Assembly: GCA_021613535.1 (NCBI GenBank)
Contig: CP075493.1
Coordinates: 2,356,001 to 2,420,000, forward strand
DNA from: Adineta vaga
Taxonomy: Eukaryota; Animalia; Rotifera
DNA: 64,000 bases
Direction: 5' to 3'
The stretch's first letter is position 1; every line of letters starts with the position of its first letter. The notes under the pieces were generated by a model. That model was not told where the DNA came from. It was given only the letters and a program-made list of their open reading frames with translations, and made no database searches. Below are positions 1-13,200 of this stretch, one piece after another. Position numbers and translations under genes: made by a program.

Positions 1-1180
1 AATGATGTTAATGTTTTACGATGAAGAATTGTTTGTAAACCAGATAGAACATCATAATCAAAATGTGTTAAAATACAAGCATCGACATTTTGTAAACCAC
101 GAATCAAATTCCAGTACGATGGCATTCGACTACAGAAGAAAATGATAATTCTCTCAATGATCAACACTTATTAATTGAATATTCGATTTCAAATTGATTG
201 AGTACATGTGGATATATTTTAGTAGTTTTTCTATATTTACCTGAATCCTCCATTGACTAACACAACAAAACCTCGAATACCAAATAGTGATGCTTCTCCT
301 TGTTGTCCGTACAATATATAAAGATTAGGTTCATCGAATGCAACTAAAATAATTCACGAAATTTCTTATTCAATACTTTATTTTCCAATATTTACTTGTT
401 CCTGAACTAGTTCTTGGTATTAATTTTGAATAGATATCAAAATTAATTGTATCCTTCGTTAAAATTTCAATGAATCGTTCATAAAATCCTTCTCCGAATG
501 TATTTTCTTCATTAATTTCCTTCGATAAATCATCGATATGAATATGTTTTATTTGTTTTTGTTTTAATAATCGTATCCATTGTGGTGAACCGTATGGTAA
601 TATAATTTGTAGATCTTGAATCACAAATGTTGAATTATCTTCAAATAAACTATGTAAATGATCCGAAGTAAATATCGAATCGGCTAAAATAATTCCGCCA
701 TTTGAATCGATCTGTTGACCTAAAACAATTTGTTTAAGAAAAAGAAATTAATTATTTCCAGAATGAAACTAATTCTTACCACAAAAGATTAGTGAAACAT
801 GTGAACAAGAATTGAAATAATCTTTGAGCACATTTAAAACCGTATGAAAATTTGGTAAATAAAGAAATCCAGCAGTTGAACCATTGTCTGTATTTACTAT
901 TTGACGATATTGAGAATCTATTTAAAGGAAAAATAACTCAACGTTTGATGTAAAGAAAAGAAAATGATGATATACCTGTTTGAAATTCATTATTAGAAAT
1001 TAAATTATTAAAAAGTTCTTCGATTTGACTAAATTTATTGTAATTGATTTGTTTCAATGCTTTTTTCAAATAAACGATGATTTCATCACGTTGTTGATTT
1101 GAAATAATATCTCCGAATATTAATAAAAGACCAACAGTAGTTTGTTTCTGTTCGTTATTATCATTCATTATTGTTGCCAT
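1..1180 (-). CDS. MAP1/futsch-family microtubule-associated protein, 5' part (multi-exon, runs off the left edge)
   Basis: Spliced minus-strand translation gives EPNLYILYGQQGEASLFGIRGFVVLVNGGF..RMPSYWNLIRGLQNVDACILTHFDYDVLSGLQTIL. This matches the conserved MAP1A/B/S-futsch N-terminal block (PCCYIFPGGRGDSALF..GFNMLINGG..FWKLIRHLDRVDSILLTH). ATG at 1180. Confidence 0.75.
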
Positions 1181-1694
1181 TTGATCAATGAACGAACCAA
1201 ATGCAAATGAAGAATCAAAAGTGACAGCTAGAACGATTATTGTCAGAAAAAAAGAATATTAAGATACGATCACTTGTTTCTCTTGTCTATTTTTTGTTCT
1301 GTTATGTTTTTTAGAAATAAATGAAAGTATTATCCTACATAGTAAAAACGTTTAGTGAGTCATAAACAATGTTTTTATTGGATAAAAAGAAGCAAACCAA
1401 TAGAGAATAGACCATGAATGTAGAGAAGAAGAAGAGATTTTAATAGTAAATTGAATTACATAAAGAATGTAAAAATCAAATCTAATTAATCGATTAGGCA
1501 AAAACTAAAAATATATTCGTGTTAAATTTGTTGATATTTAGATCGATGTCATAATTCGATAAATAAACTCAACAGATCAATTCTACGACATGTTAAATAT
1601 CGCAGTTATCAATATGTTAGTTAATCTGATCGAATATATTGAGAAACATCGTATTCATAATGTCAAATAGATTGTCATATATCAGAAATTGATT

Positions 1695-1703
1695 TTTGGC
1701 GCG
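1695..1703 (+). promoter_or_regulatory. E2F-like site TTTGGCGCG in the divergent promoter region
   Basis: Matches TTTSSCGC in an AT-rich intergenic gap, about 60 nt upstream of ATG 1764. Confidence 0.25.
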
Positions 1704-1763
1704 ACATCGTAGTTGCTAATGATAGATTTTTCGTTTATTAAAAAAAAGAAAATTCTAATAAAG

Positions 1764-2168
1764 ATGAAGTGTTGTGGAGCAAGTAATAAACTTCATTTAA
1801 AAGAATGTGAATTTCTCAATGCAATTGGTAAAAATGAAGAATTTTTGTAAGTTAAATTCTTTCATCTTGATCTGATTTTTCTCCTTCTTTTTGTGTACAT
1901 AAGAAATATTATTCAACAGTGTAAAAATGATGAAGGTTTAATTGATCCACAAATAGTTATTAAAGAAATGGAAAATTCTCCACATGAAAATATTAAACAG
2001 AATGTTGATGCTGTACGAAAAAAATTAAAGAATTTCTTACCAAACGATAAGAATGATCAAAAACATGTGTTAGAAGAGACTCTTTTAATTAATACACTCA
2101 AAGGTGGAATGCAAGATGCAATTGATAAAGTGAAATCACCGAGAAATAGTTTGAAAAAAGAAACGTAA
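1764..2168 (+). CDS. Small two-exon orphan protein (MKCCGASNK...), ~115 aa
   Basis: ATG at 1764. A GTAAGT donor near 1847 and an AG acceptor near 1902 join it in frame to ORF 1893..2168. No family recognised. Confidence 0.55.
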
Positions 2169-2607
2169 TTGAATGGAAAGTATATTTTTAATTAAAAAAC
2201 AATCATTATGAATATAATTGTTTGATTTGGATAAGAATAAAAGAAACTGTTTTCTTTCAGTATCAATTGAACTTTATAGGAAAAAAACAATAATTTTCTG
2301 ATTCAATTTGATCAACATATGATATTTTCGTCATACTTTCCAGTGCGATATAGCTCGATATTCACTGACTGATAAAAAAATATCGATGGCCGAAATTAAA
2401 ATCAGATTTCTATCGTCTTTTTTTCTTCATGTTTATTAGTAAATGTCGAGACTAAGTTCATATACAAACAACACAAGTTTTTTTTTTCTACAACATAAAC
2501 AAACTACAGAAAGAAAGGAGAATCGCGTATTCTTTCACAAACAGAACATCGCACATACACATATTTTTTAAAAAAAAACCAAACGAAACTCGAACATTAT
2601 GAAAAGT

Positions 2608-5372
2608 TTAAGTCAATTTTTGTGTTGATGAACGATATTTAATAACATTTTGTTTTCCACCATTATCATCATCATCATCAATAAAATTATCATCATCTTC
2701 GATCATTTCAACAAATGTATCGGCTGTTTCAGTTTCATTTTCATAATCCATATCGTTATCATATTCATCTTTCATATCATAATTAGAATTGTGTAAATAT
2801 TCTCTTTTCGTTATCGATCCATCAAGATATGATAAATCATCATAAGAATTTTTCGACATTGTTCGACGAGCTTTTTGTAATTGACGAGCACGTGGTGTTG
2901 GTTTATTCAAAAGAAAATCATCGGCAGTTTCAAAATCATCATAACCATCTACAAGAAAACAAAATTTCAAAATAGAACGCTTATTTATATGAATTCTTTT
3001 ACGAAAAAAAAGCAAACCTCGTTCAATTTTAACAATCAATGGTGATTGTTCTGCATTTTGATGTTGATTACGAAATTGTATAATTGCCATCTGTTCATCT
3101 TCATCTCGATGATGCATATCCTGTTGTACTTGATTAACTACAATTGATTGTTGTTGTTGTTGTTGTTGTTGCTGTTGTTCATGTTCATCTTCGATTTCTT
3201 CTTCATCAATTATCGTTGCATTTTTCATTGCTTCAGTATCAAATGGATCAATATGATGTACATCATAATGATGTCGTTCAATAGCTCGTGTGTGTGGAAA
3301 TTTATTTCGACATATTGAACAACGATAAACAGTTTCACATCGACGCATTTGTTGTTTTATAGGTGATGTTGATGTTGATGATGAACGTTGCGAATTTTTC
3401 AATGATGATGAAAATGGTCGTTGACGAATAGATAAACCTCCAGCAGGCATTTTTGCATAGATACCACAACGATGAACTTTGGTAACATGTTGACGAAGAT
3501 CACCACGAGTTGCATACATTAATCCACATTCGTTACATTGAAATGTTCGTTCGTCTAAAATATAGAAAAAATTATTTTAAGAAAACTTTCTTCGAAAGAC
3601 AAAACAAAAGCAAAAATAAATGATAGTTTACTAAATAAACTCACCTCTATGTTGAGAATCCATATGATCATCAAGTATATCCTTGGAAAATGTTTTATAT
3701 GTACACAATGAACAACTAAGTTGAACACGTGGTGCAGTGAAATTATTGTTATTAATCGTATTATTATTTATGCCATGATGCATTTTTTTATGTTGATTTA
3801 ATTCAATTCTAAAGAAATGTAAATAGAATAGATAATGAAGATGAATAGATTTCATCACATACGGATCAGCAAATTCTTGATCGCATTTCAAACATGTTAC
3901 AAAATCTTCATCATTGGCATGTTTTTTTAACATATGTTGTTTGAGATCAGCTTTTCGTGTCAAAACCGTTGGACAATATGTGCAATGGAACTTTTGTGCG
4001 TTTGTTTGATGTGTTAACATATGAGCTTTTAAACTGTTGCTTTGTGTAAAACGAAATTTGCAGATCTATTTTTAAAGTCAAAAGATTTCTATTTTGTGAA
4101 AACGATGAGGAGAGATATATCACTTACAGTGCATTGATACGGTCGTTCGCCTAAAATCAAAGAATCAAATTCGAAAAACAAATCAGCTAGAAGATATTCT
4201 ATTACCGGTATGAACGCGTAAATGTCGTTTAAGTTTAAATGTATCCGGACTACAATAAGAACAATGTGGACACGAATATGGTTTTTCCTATAATCGAAAT
4301 AATGAATAGATAAACGAAAAAGATCGAAAAAAACATACGCCTGTATGTGTTCGAATGTGACGTCGAAGTTTACTTAATTCAACAGTTGCATAACCACATT
4401 CTTCACACTTATGTGGTTTTTCAAGCGTATGTCTATGAAAGAAAAGGTATTCATTTGGATAACATATATTACGCGAGAAAATCAGCGAATAATTACTTAT
4501 AACGAACATGACGAATTAATTCGCCACTTGTTGTAAATTTATATTCACAAAATTTACACTAAGGAAAAAGAAATTATTTCAAAATATAATTCAATTAGAA
4601 AAGATTTACTTGGAATGGTTTAATACCAAGATGAGTATTGACATGATTTTGTAATTGTGCTGTTGTTTTAAATGTATTTGAACAATAAGCACCTAGAATT
4701 AAAAATCATGAATTTATTCAACAAGAAAATTTTTATATTGATAAATTTACACTTATGAGGTCGTTCAGTTGAGTGAGACTTCAAATGACGTTGAAGAAGA
4801 TATTTTTTGCCCGTACAATAGTTACTAAAAGAAAAGCTGAATTCATGTATAGAAAATAAATATATGATTTACCAATAAGGACATAAATGTTTTTCATCAC
4901 GGCGAACTTTAATTGGAGTTTTAGTTGAATCACGTGATGTATTATTATTATTATTTCCAACAGAATTAACAATTGGAAGTTTTTTACGATTTGATGTTTC
5001 ACTAAATTCATAAACGGATGGATTACCATCAGGACCAGATGGACTTAAAGTCACATCTACTGGTGTCACAGTTGAAAAATCTTCTTCTTCTTCGTCTTCT
5101 TCAGCATGCCAATCTTCATCTTCATCATGTAATGGTTCACGTTTTGCAGGTCGACCACGACGTCTTTTAACAATCGCACTATTGGTATTATTTTGACTAG
5201 TGTGTCGCTGCTGCTCTTGTTTTATCCGCGCCACCGGCAGTTCGTCGATGTCGTCGTCATCATCGTCGCCCTGGTCGTCTTCGAAAGTACGTTCATCATA
5301 ATTAGGATCATCAGCAAATTTAACATTTAAACTTGATCGGGAACGTGTTGAACGGCGTGTTCGACTTGTCAT
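2608..5372 (-). CDS. CTCF: CCCTC-binding factor (11 C2H2 zinc fingers), multi-exon
   Basis: Spliced fingers include [113 protein letters not shown], the CTCF ZF3-7 signature. 11 fingers counted. The N-terminus has SVYEF (YxF motif) and an RRRGRP AT-hook-like motif. Confidence 0.92.
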
Positions 5373-5472
5373 TTCGAAGATGTTTTAGGTTTTTCTAGTT
5401 GTTTTGTTTATTATAAATGAATTCTTTCGAGAAAATAAAGTAAAGAATGTGGAGCCACTAAAACAACTGGTA

Positions 5473-5684
5473 TAGGGGGCAGCGTGGGGTAACGACGTCA
5501 CTGCTTGTCGAAACAATACAACAGAGGTCATTGTGTGTCCTTCAATAACCAATCACTTGAAAGATTTAAAATGAATTAAAATTTTCAGTAAAGAATATTA
5601 TTTAGATAGGTTCGAATTTAATAATTTCACTTTCCACGAATTTATTCGTATCATTATATTAAATATACAAAGTAGATGTCGCTA
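5473..5684 (+). promoter_or_regulatory. Two CTCF-motif-like elements upstream of the CTCF gene
   Basis: TAGGGGGCAGC (5473-5483) and AGTAGATGTCGCTA (5671-5684) resemble the core CCASYAGRKGGCRS, but their 5' ends mismatch. Confidence 0.35.
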
Positions 5685-5958
5685 ACACACACCATAGTTA
5701 TACATATATCAAAAGGTTTATTTAAACGAAGAATGAGATATGTTTCAAAAGTTTGATGTTTATTTGCAATATATATGAAATATGATCTTATAGCAAATGG
5801 TCATTACACACGCACAAGTTGAAAGTAATCTTTTATAATGAGATGTGGATGGATTAGTTCGTTAGAAAAAAGAACAAAAGATTTTATGCTGAACGAGTAA
5901 ACAAGACAAGAAGTTTGAGTATTATTAGAATAGTCTTTGGATCTAGCATGCAAATGTA

Positions 5959-6955
5959 TTAACTAAAATATGTCGATGATGGTGATTCAGTTGTTGAAAT
6001 AGTTTGAGAAGAAAGAATTGCATTGATCTCTTCTTGAGGTAACGATCCTTTGTATTGACAGCTCAATTCTATACAACAAAACAAAATTGTAAAAAAAACG
6101 TTGATAATATATTATATCTATTTACTCAAATCTGTTTTCATTGTGCTAGGCAGCTTTAATGAATCAGCCAAGGGAATTGCAGTCGAAAGCGATAATCCAT
6201 AGAGTTTTTCTACAATAATATATTGATAACTATTATGATTCGAAGTCAGAATTGTCTGTGACACATGCCCTGATGAAGATGTCCAGTCTGTAGATTGTGA
6301 ATCACTATTTTTAAAATGATCACAAGCTATTAATCGTCGTTGGATACAATTGTTAAATTTTGTAAAAATAGTATCTATTGATTTATGATTTCGTGATGGA
6401 CATGAATTTGAATAATATAAATTAATTTCACCAATTTCATATAAACTAGCATCAGCTAAACGTCGACGACGTCTGGAAGTTGTGCTCGTATTATATGCAT
6501 CAAAAGTGTAGAAATTATTGGCAAAACAACCAAGAAAATTTTTCTCACCGTGATTTCGATATGTCGAAGCACACTGAAATGAAATATTTTCAAATCAAAC
6601 TGATAAAAACATCTAAATACTTACTAAATTAGATAATATCACACTATCAACTATCGTCCCATTTTGCAGTGTCGATGATATATTTTGATATAAAGCTTTC
6701 AGAAGTATTGCTTTGATTTGATAGTCTGCAAAAACAAAAGGTCAATTTATTTCACAGAGTTTCTAAAATGCAGAATTTATGTTTTCACTCACGTTCTCCG
6801 TATCCTTCTTCACTATGATTTGGTATATAGATGGAAATAAGACTTAGTACGATTGTACTTGCAATTAGAAATAAAACGATGCCAAAACAGAGAAGTCCTC
6901 CCAAAGCTATACTTGATGTTAGTCGAGTAATTGTTTCACTGCGATATCCATACAT
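5959..6955 (-). CDS. Orphan type II membrane/secreted protein with dibasic cleavage site (four exons; missed by the ORF track)
   Basis: ATG 6955 begins MYGYRSETITRLTSSIALGGLLCFGIVLFLIASTIVLSLISIY (signal-anchor). Canonical introns. Ectodomain has several Cys and SRRRRLADAS. Stop TAA at 5959-5961 after a Ser/Thr-rich tail. Confidence 0.7.
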
Positions 6956-7644
6956 GTCTAGATCTATGATTCCAATGTGTCAATATCAATCGAACGTCGT
7001 TTTTCAAATTGTTGTAAAAGTCTTAGACGTATTTTTTAGTCTAATATATACTCTCTCAAATGTGTGATATAGATGTACAGATATAAGGAAATAATAGTGT
7101 CTGGAGGGGCTTTTGTGAGGACGTTAAAGTGATTAGTAATACTTTCAATGTATGAAGATAAATTAACTCATTAAATATATTACCAACTTTCTTCTATATG
7201 AAATTTCAAGAAGACATCATTGATCGAAATAAATTATTCAATATGCTTTTAGCGTTATGGGAATAATTTAAAGCACATAAACAATACGACAATGATTGAT
7301 TTATTGCTTAAATTGATATTATATTTTACGATGTTTGTCACTATTTTTAAGATTGTATCAAGTGTGAAGAACGTATTTTTCTTCTTCTTTCACCGTATCA
7401 TCAAGGTCATCTGTATACGTCTGAATGCGGTTAAAATAAACTGTTTGTTATTATACATACCGAACAATCAAAATCGCAATGAACAATTCATTAAACATAT
7501 TGTATTGTTTTTCCTTTGATCTTTCATGACTAACGCGATTAGTATAATTTTTCTCTCTGATAAATATCAAATTATTTATTGATTTCTTCAACAAAATACA
7601 AAAAAAAGGTTTCTCCTTCACAGGTATAGAAGAATTTCATTGAA

Positions 7645-9887
7645 TTAGTTTTTCTTTGATAAAGACTTTCGAATATCTAATTTTAATTGTTTAATTTCTT
7701 TACGAACTGTTTCAATTTGTTCAATTGTTCTTTTCAATTTTTCTTGTTCATCTTGAACAAATCGACTAAAATATTCGTTTTTTTTTGAAGATAAGAATGA
7801 AATAGAATATGTAAAAAGATACTTACGCATAAGGCATAATTAATTCACGCATTTTACGTTCATTGATATCTAATTCATGTGAAAAATGTTTATGTAATTG
7901 TTCATTTAAATCTAAACGTGTTTTCTCAATTCGATCTTTCATTTCTTGTTTAATAGTTAAACGACGCATTGGTATTAAATATAAACCAAGTATACCAATT
8001 AGACTAGCACCTAATAGACCAGTCCAATCGAATGAAGCTAATGTAGCAAGAGCGCCTATAAGAAAACAAAAGATTAGAAATAAAAATTCACATTTAAATA
8101 ATAAATCAAACCAAGTCCAACAGCTCCAACTTCAATCGCTGCCGTGCCCAACATTGTCGAACGAATCGATGCAGATAGATCATCAGCTTGTGCACCGGTT
8201 GCTGTTTTTTGTTTGTACAAAATCTTAAGAATCTAGATTAGGAAAAAAAGACAAGAGTTCTAGCTAATGATTTACATTTTGACATTGTGTTTGTAATTGA
8301 TTAAGAATCTGTTGACGTGATATTGAAAAATCTGTATCAACTGCTGATGTCCTGTAATTATTTACAGTTTGATTTAATTGTTGTTTTTGTGAACTAATTG
8401 AACTTGTATTAAGATGTTTATTAAGTTGATGAACAGTTCGATTTGATCTTTCTAAAAGCCAATCACATAAATGACTAATACATTGATTAATATCTTGTTC
8501 GATATTTTTATTAACACGATTATTAAATTGAACTTTCAATTCAGATGAACTACTTGAACTAAATAATGTTGGAATAAGACGTGAAATTTGAATATATTCA
8601 AGTAGAAATTCTTCCATATTATCGATCATTCGAAAAAAGATATTATCAATTTTATTCAATTGAAATTTAAAATCATCCAACATTTGTCGACGATATTCAT
8701 CAATATCATTATACAAAACAAAAATTACCTAGAACAAATAGAAAAACGATTGTATTTCGAATAATATCTGTCATCTACTTGTTCATCATCGACAAGAATT
8801 TGTTTTCTTTCATGAACAATAGTTAAATATTTATCGAATATTTTTTCCGCAACACCAAGTGGATTTTCAAGTTTCAATTGAAGTTTAACTTTATCATTTA
8901 ATTCTGTACGTAAATATGTTTGAAGTTCATTGATACCAATTAATTTCAATGCACTTATTGGAAATATAGGCACTGATGAATCATCAAGAACTTGACGAGC
9001 ATTCGTTCGGACATAGTCGATAACTTTTTCTTTGTCTACTGTTTGTTGAATTTGATCGATTTTATTCAAAATGATTAAAACTTTCTTTCGCCATTCATGA
9101 ATACGAACAAGAAATAAACGCTAAATAGATCATTTCTATTGATGAGGAAGAATGTTTTTTTCTATTTGAACTTACTTCACTTTCAGAAAAAGGTCGATCA
9201 ACACTTGTTACAAATAGAATATAATCTGAACGTGGTATGAAATGTTCTGTAAAAGGAAAACAAAGAAATAGTTACAGATATTGATTTGAAACGAACGCCG
9301 ACCTGTTATTTGTTGATGTGTTTGTAGAATTGCATTTGTACCGGGTGTATCAACAATATTCGTTTGTCTTAACAATTCATTCGGTAAATAAATTGATTTA
9401 ATATGATCAGATTCAACAATATCTTGACGTTTTGTTCCATATTTAAGTATATTAATAACGTCAGTTGTCGGTAAAACACCAGTTGGACATACATCTTCTT
9501 TTCCCCCAAGTAATGTATTTATAAATTGTGATTTTCCCGAATTAAATTCTCCGACTACAACAAGTAAAAATATCGAATCGATATTTGTTTGTGCTTCATT
9601 AAGAAGTTGTCTATCTGGTACTGATAAAAGTTTGATGTCAGTTTGAACATTGATCAAAAGATTTTTAATACGTTTAGCAAGTTCATGATGGCTTTGATCC
9701 AATAATGGAAGATTTTGAGTCTGTAGAAAAAGACCGTTTTCTGATCAATAGTTGCTGTTGAATAAACTTTTATTCTACTTACAACATTCGATTCACTCAA
9801 ATGAGACAAACATCTTCGTAGATAAGAATAATAATTCGATCGATATCGAACAATTTGTTGTCGACATAGAGATAAACATACGGACAT
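7645..9887 (-). CDS. Dynamin-like GTPase of FZL / bacterial dynamin-like type, ~7 introns, mitochondrial-presequence-like N-terminus
   Basis: G1 VVGEFNSGKS, G2 GVLPTT, G3 IVDTPGTN, FIPRSDYILFVTSVDRPFSESE, G4 ILNKID. C-terminal hydrophobic hairpin AAIEVGAVGLGALATLASFDWTGLLGASLIGILGLYLIPMRR followed by a coiled coil. Confidence 0.85.
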
Positions 9888-10268
9888 TTTCTTCTTATAT
9901 TATCCGAAAGAAAAACAAAAGAATAGTTTATAATAAAGAAATGTATTTACGAAAGAAGAAAAAAAACAAAATTCTATCAGTTTTATTTGCTATTAATTCA
10001 TTCCACATTATCTATCAAATTCGAATAGAAAAACACATGATATTAGGAAAAGTAGAGAGGAAGATAATTCAGATCACATAATTTTTGTTTCCAACAACGG
10101 CCGGAAAACAAATGAGATCAAGAATGTTTGCATTTTCTCAATAGAGATTATCTGACAGAATGATAATACTACACACTAAAAGAAAACAATAATACATTGT
10201 TGAATGAAATGAAGTCATGAATAAGAATAGTAATACAAGGAAATGAACACGAAAATTGTCTGTATAAT

Positions 10269-13200
10269 TTACACACTACTTTCATGTAGTATTATGTGAT
10301 TTGTATCGATTGTATCTGTTGGAAATCGATTGGAAAATGTTGATGATGATGATGATGATGATGATGAAGAAGATAATGTTCGTGAACGATCTTTTCTTGA
10401 AATTATAGGTGATGTTGTACTTGATGATGTTGCTGTTGGAGAATCACATGCAGAAGATTTAAGTGAAACACTACCTTCATCATCTTCATCAATATAGGCA
10501 ACATGTGGAAGATGACCATTAACTGGCTTTTTCCAAATTGATGGTTTCTCTTTTGATGAAGAATCTTGTTGAATTAAATGAGAATTTTTATTTAAATAAA
10601 CATAAGTCGCTTGTCGTTCTTCTGTCGATGGCGATGGCATAATACGATAAGAATTTCGACCTGTATTTTGTTCGATCATTGGACTTATATGACCATTGGT
10701 TGTAATTGTTGATGAAGGATTTGAAAAGGATTTCTCGAAACTTGGAGACGAAAGACGAACAATTGGTAATGGACGAATAATTGCTTGAGATGGAGATACT
10801 TGCACACGTGGAGACATAGATAATGTTGTTGGACGAAGAAATATACGAGGAGATATAAGTGTAGGTAAATGAAGCTAAAGAAAAGAATATTATATTTGGT
10901 TGGATTGAAAGGTTATAGGAAAAAAAATGACTTACATGTGGATTACCATTCTGATGTATGTAAGAATCTTTCGGACTATTAATAATTTTTTGTGGTGACG
11001 GTGCATATGGTGAATTCGATTGAATTTGAGAATTATCAATAAATGTTGGAGATCTAAAGAGAGAGAGAGAGAAAAAAGGTCAAGATGAGAATATGTTCAA
11101 ATCAGAGAAACTAATTCTTGTCTTCATTTTTAATATTATTTGTATTCAAATACTTACTCTTGTCGAATAGTATTTAATGTTGGTTGAAGATTTGATTCAT
11201 TTTGTTGTAAACTTGTTTCACTAGCTGAAATACTCGTTTTTAAGATATGTCGATGACGTGCATAATATTTTGATGCAACATTTGTTTGACGTTTTGAACC
11301 AAATCCTTGTCCACTATTCACCGATGCTATCTCGCCATTTTGTGGTAATTGATTATGATAAATATTCGATGAATAATGTGAATGTGGTGGTGATGGTGGA
11401 GGTATTTGTTCATTAAATGAATCATCACCATTTAATTGTTGATTAAAGATTAATTTGTCTTCTTCATTATCTTTTATTGATGGTACCATTGGATTTGATG
11501 GTGATAATTGAGGTGTTTGTGGTGGCGGTGGTGGTTCACTATAAGATTGATTTAAAAGACGTTTCTTATTTCGACTGGAACAACAATTATAATATTGACA
11601 ATGCATTGTTAAATCTGAACGTGAGAGAAGATAGAATGCCATTATATAGAAAGTCAAAAGTAGAACAAAGATTCCATAAAGATGATTATAAATCGAATGT
11701 TCAAATCGAATATTATAGGAATGTAATGGATGAATGTAAATCGATAAACTTGAAAGAAAGATAAATATAAGAAGAAATAATTGAAATAGAATTGATAATA
11801 ATTGATTAGATGGTTGATGTTGATGATCCATATCTGAGGAACATAAACTATCTAAATGTGATTGACGACAATCCATATGTGGTAAAGTTTGTTCAAAATT
11901 TAGATTTGTTGATGGAATAATAATTGGTAAGGTTTCAGTTGGTTTAGATGATGAATTATTATCATCCATTTCAATATTTGTTTCTGGTTCATTTTCGTTT
12001 TCATTTTCATTTTCATCTTCATCTGGTGAATTACGTAAACGTATCGCTTCTTTTGTTAAACGTTTAATATTTAAACGAGCAGCCAAAAGAAATATCAATA
12101 AGAGAAAAATAAAGATAACAATTGGAATAAATAAAGTCAATAAAGATTCGAAATTATTCAGAAAACAACTAAAATAAAGAATATTTAGGTTATTCTTAAT
12201 CACATTAAGCGTTTACTTACATTTTATTAGATGTATATTGATCACGTGATATAGCGACATTAATTCCACAAATAATAAATGATATTCCATATGCTAATAA
12301 ATAAAATTGAATAACTGGTTTTACTTTCAATTTCATTATTGGTAATCCATCATCATCATAATCAACAATTGTAACAGAAGATTTCGGATTATCATCTGCA
12401 TCATCTCCATGACCTTTACCTGACCAAATAATGTAGAGTTTTTGCCAGATACAACTAAAAGAAATCAATTATCGATCGAATATTCATTCAAAATATCACA
12501 TACTATGTTAATAATGTTAACCAAAGTATAGTTGTTAAACAAAGGTAATGAAGTGTAATGGAAATAAATTGACATAAAACTAAATATCGACTTTGTCGTA
12601 TACCAAAAGCAAATAATGGAAATAGAATGGCCAAGCTAAGCCAATAATTGATTAAACAATGGAAAAAATTTCTTGGCATTAAATAAACTCTATAAATAAA
12701 TTTAAAAATTCTTTTTTGTTTTCGTTTGAAAAACGATTGAAATTCGACTTACTTGTGACAACAAATATAAAAAAATATACAAACACAGAAACAAGCTGAT
12801 GCAATTAATGATGAAACATAGATCGCTAATTCCAAGTAATTTGTATTTAAAAATAAACTTTTATTTTCATCCCAATCGTTCATATATGTTATTGATAAAG
12901 GATTAGTTTTTGTTATAGTACAATCTGTAGATATAGAATCAATATTCTGAAAATATTAACGAAAAAAAAACAAGATCAGTTATTCTTCAATGAAAATACA
13001 AAACAATGATATTACTTTTTGATTAGTTGTACAAAGAGATGAGTCTAGTTGCCAAGATGTTTGATTAGAATTCCATATTCGAATCAAACCTAAATTCGAT
13101 CCACCATAAAATGTTAATTTTACCGTTGTTGATGTATTTTTTGTTGTTACTATAAATAGAATATTGAATATCATCTGATGAGAAAATGTTGTCAATTTAG

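Noticed and set aside
12840-13100. Degenerate GPS cleavage motif in the adhesion GPCR
   Set aside because: Non-canonical GPS sequences are already known in the ADGRA subfamily, so this is not novel.
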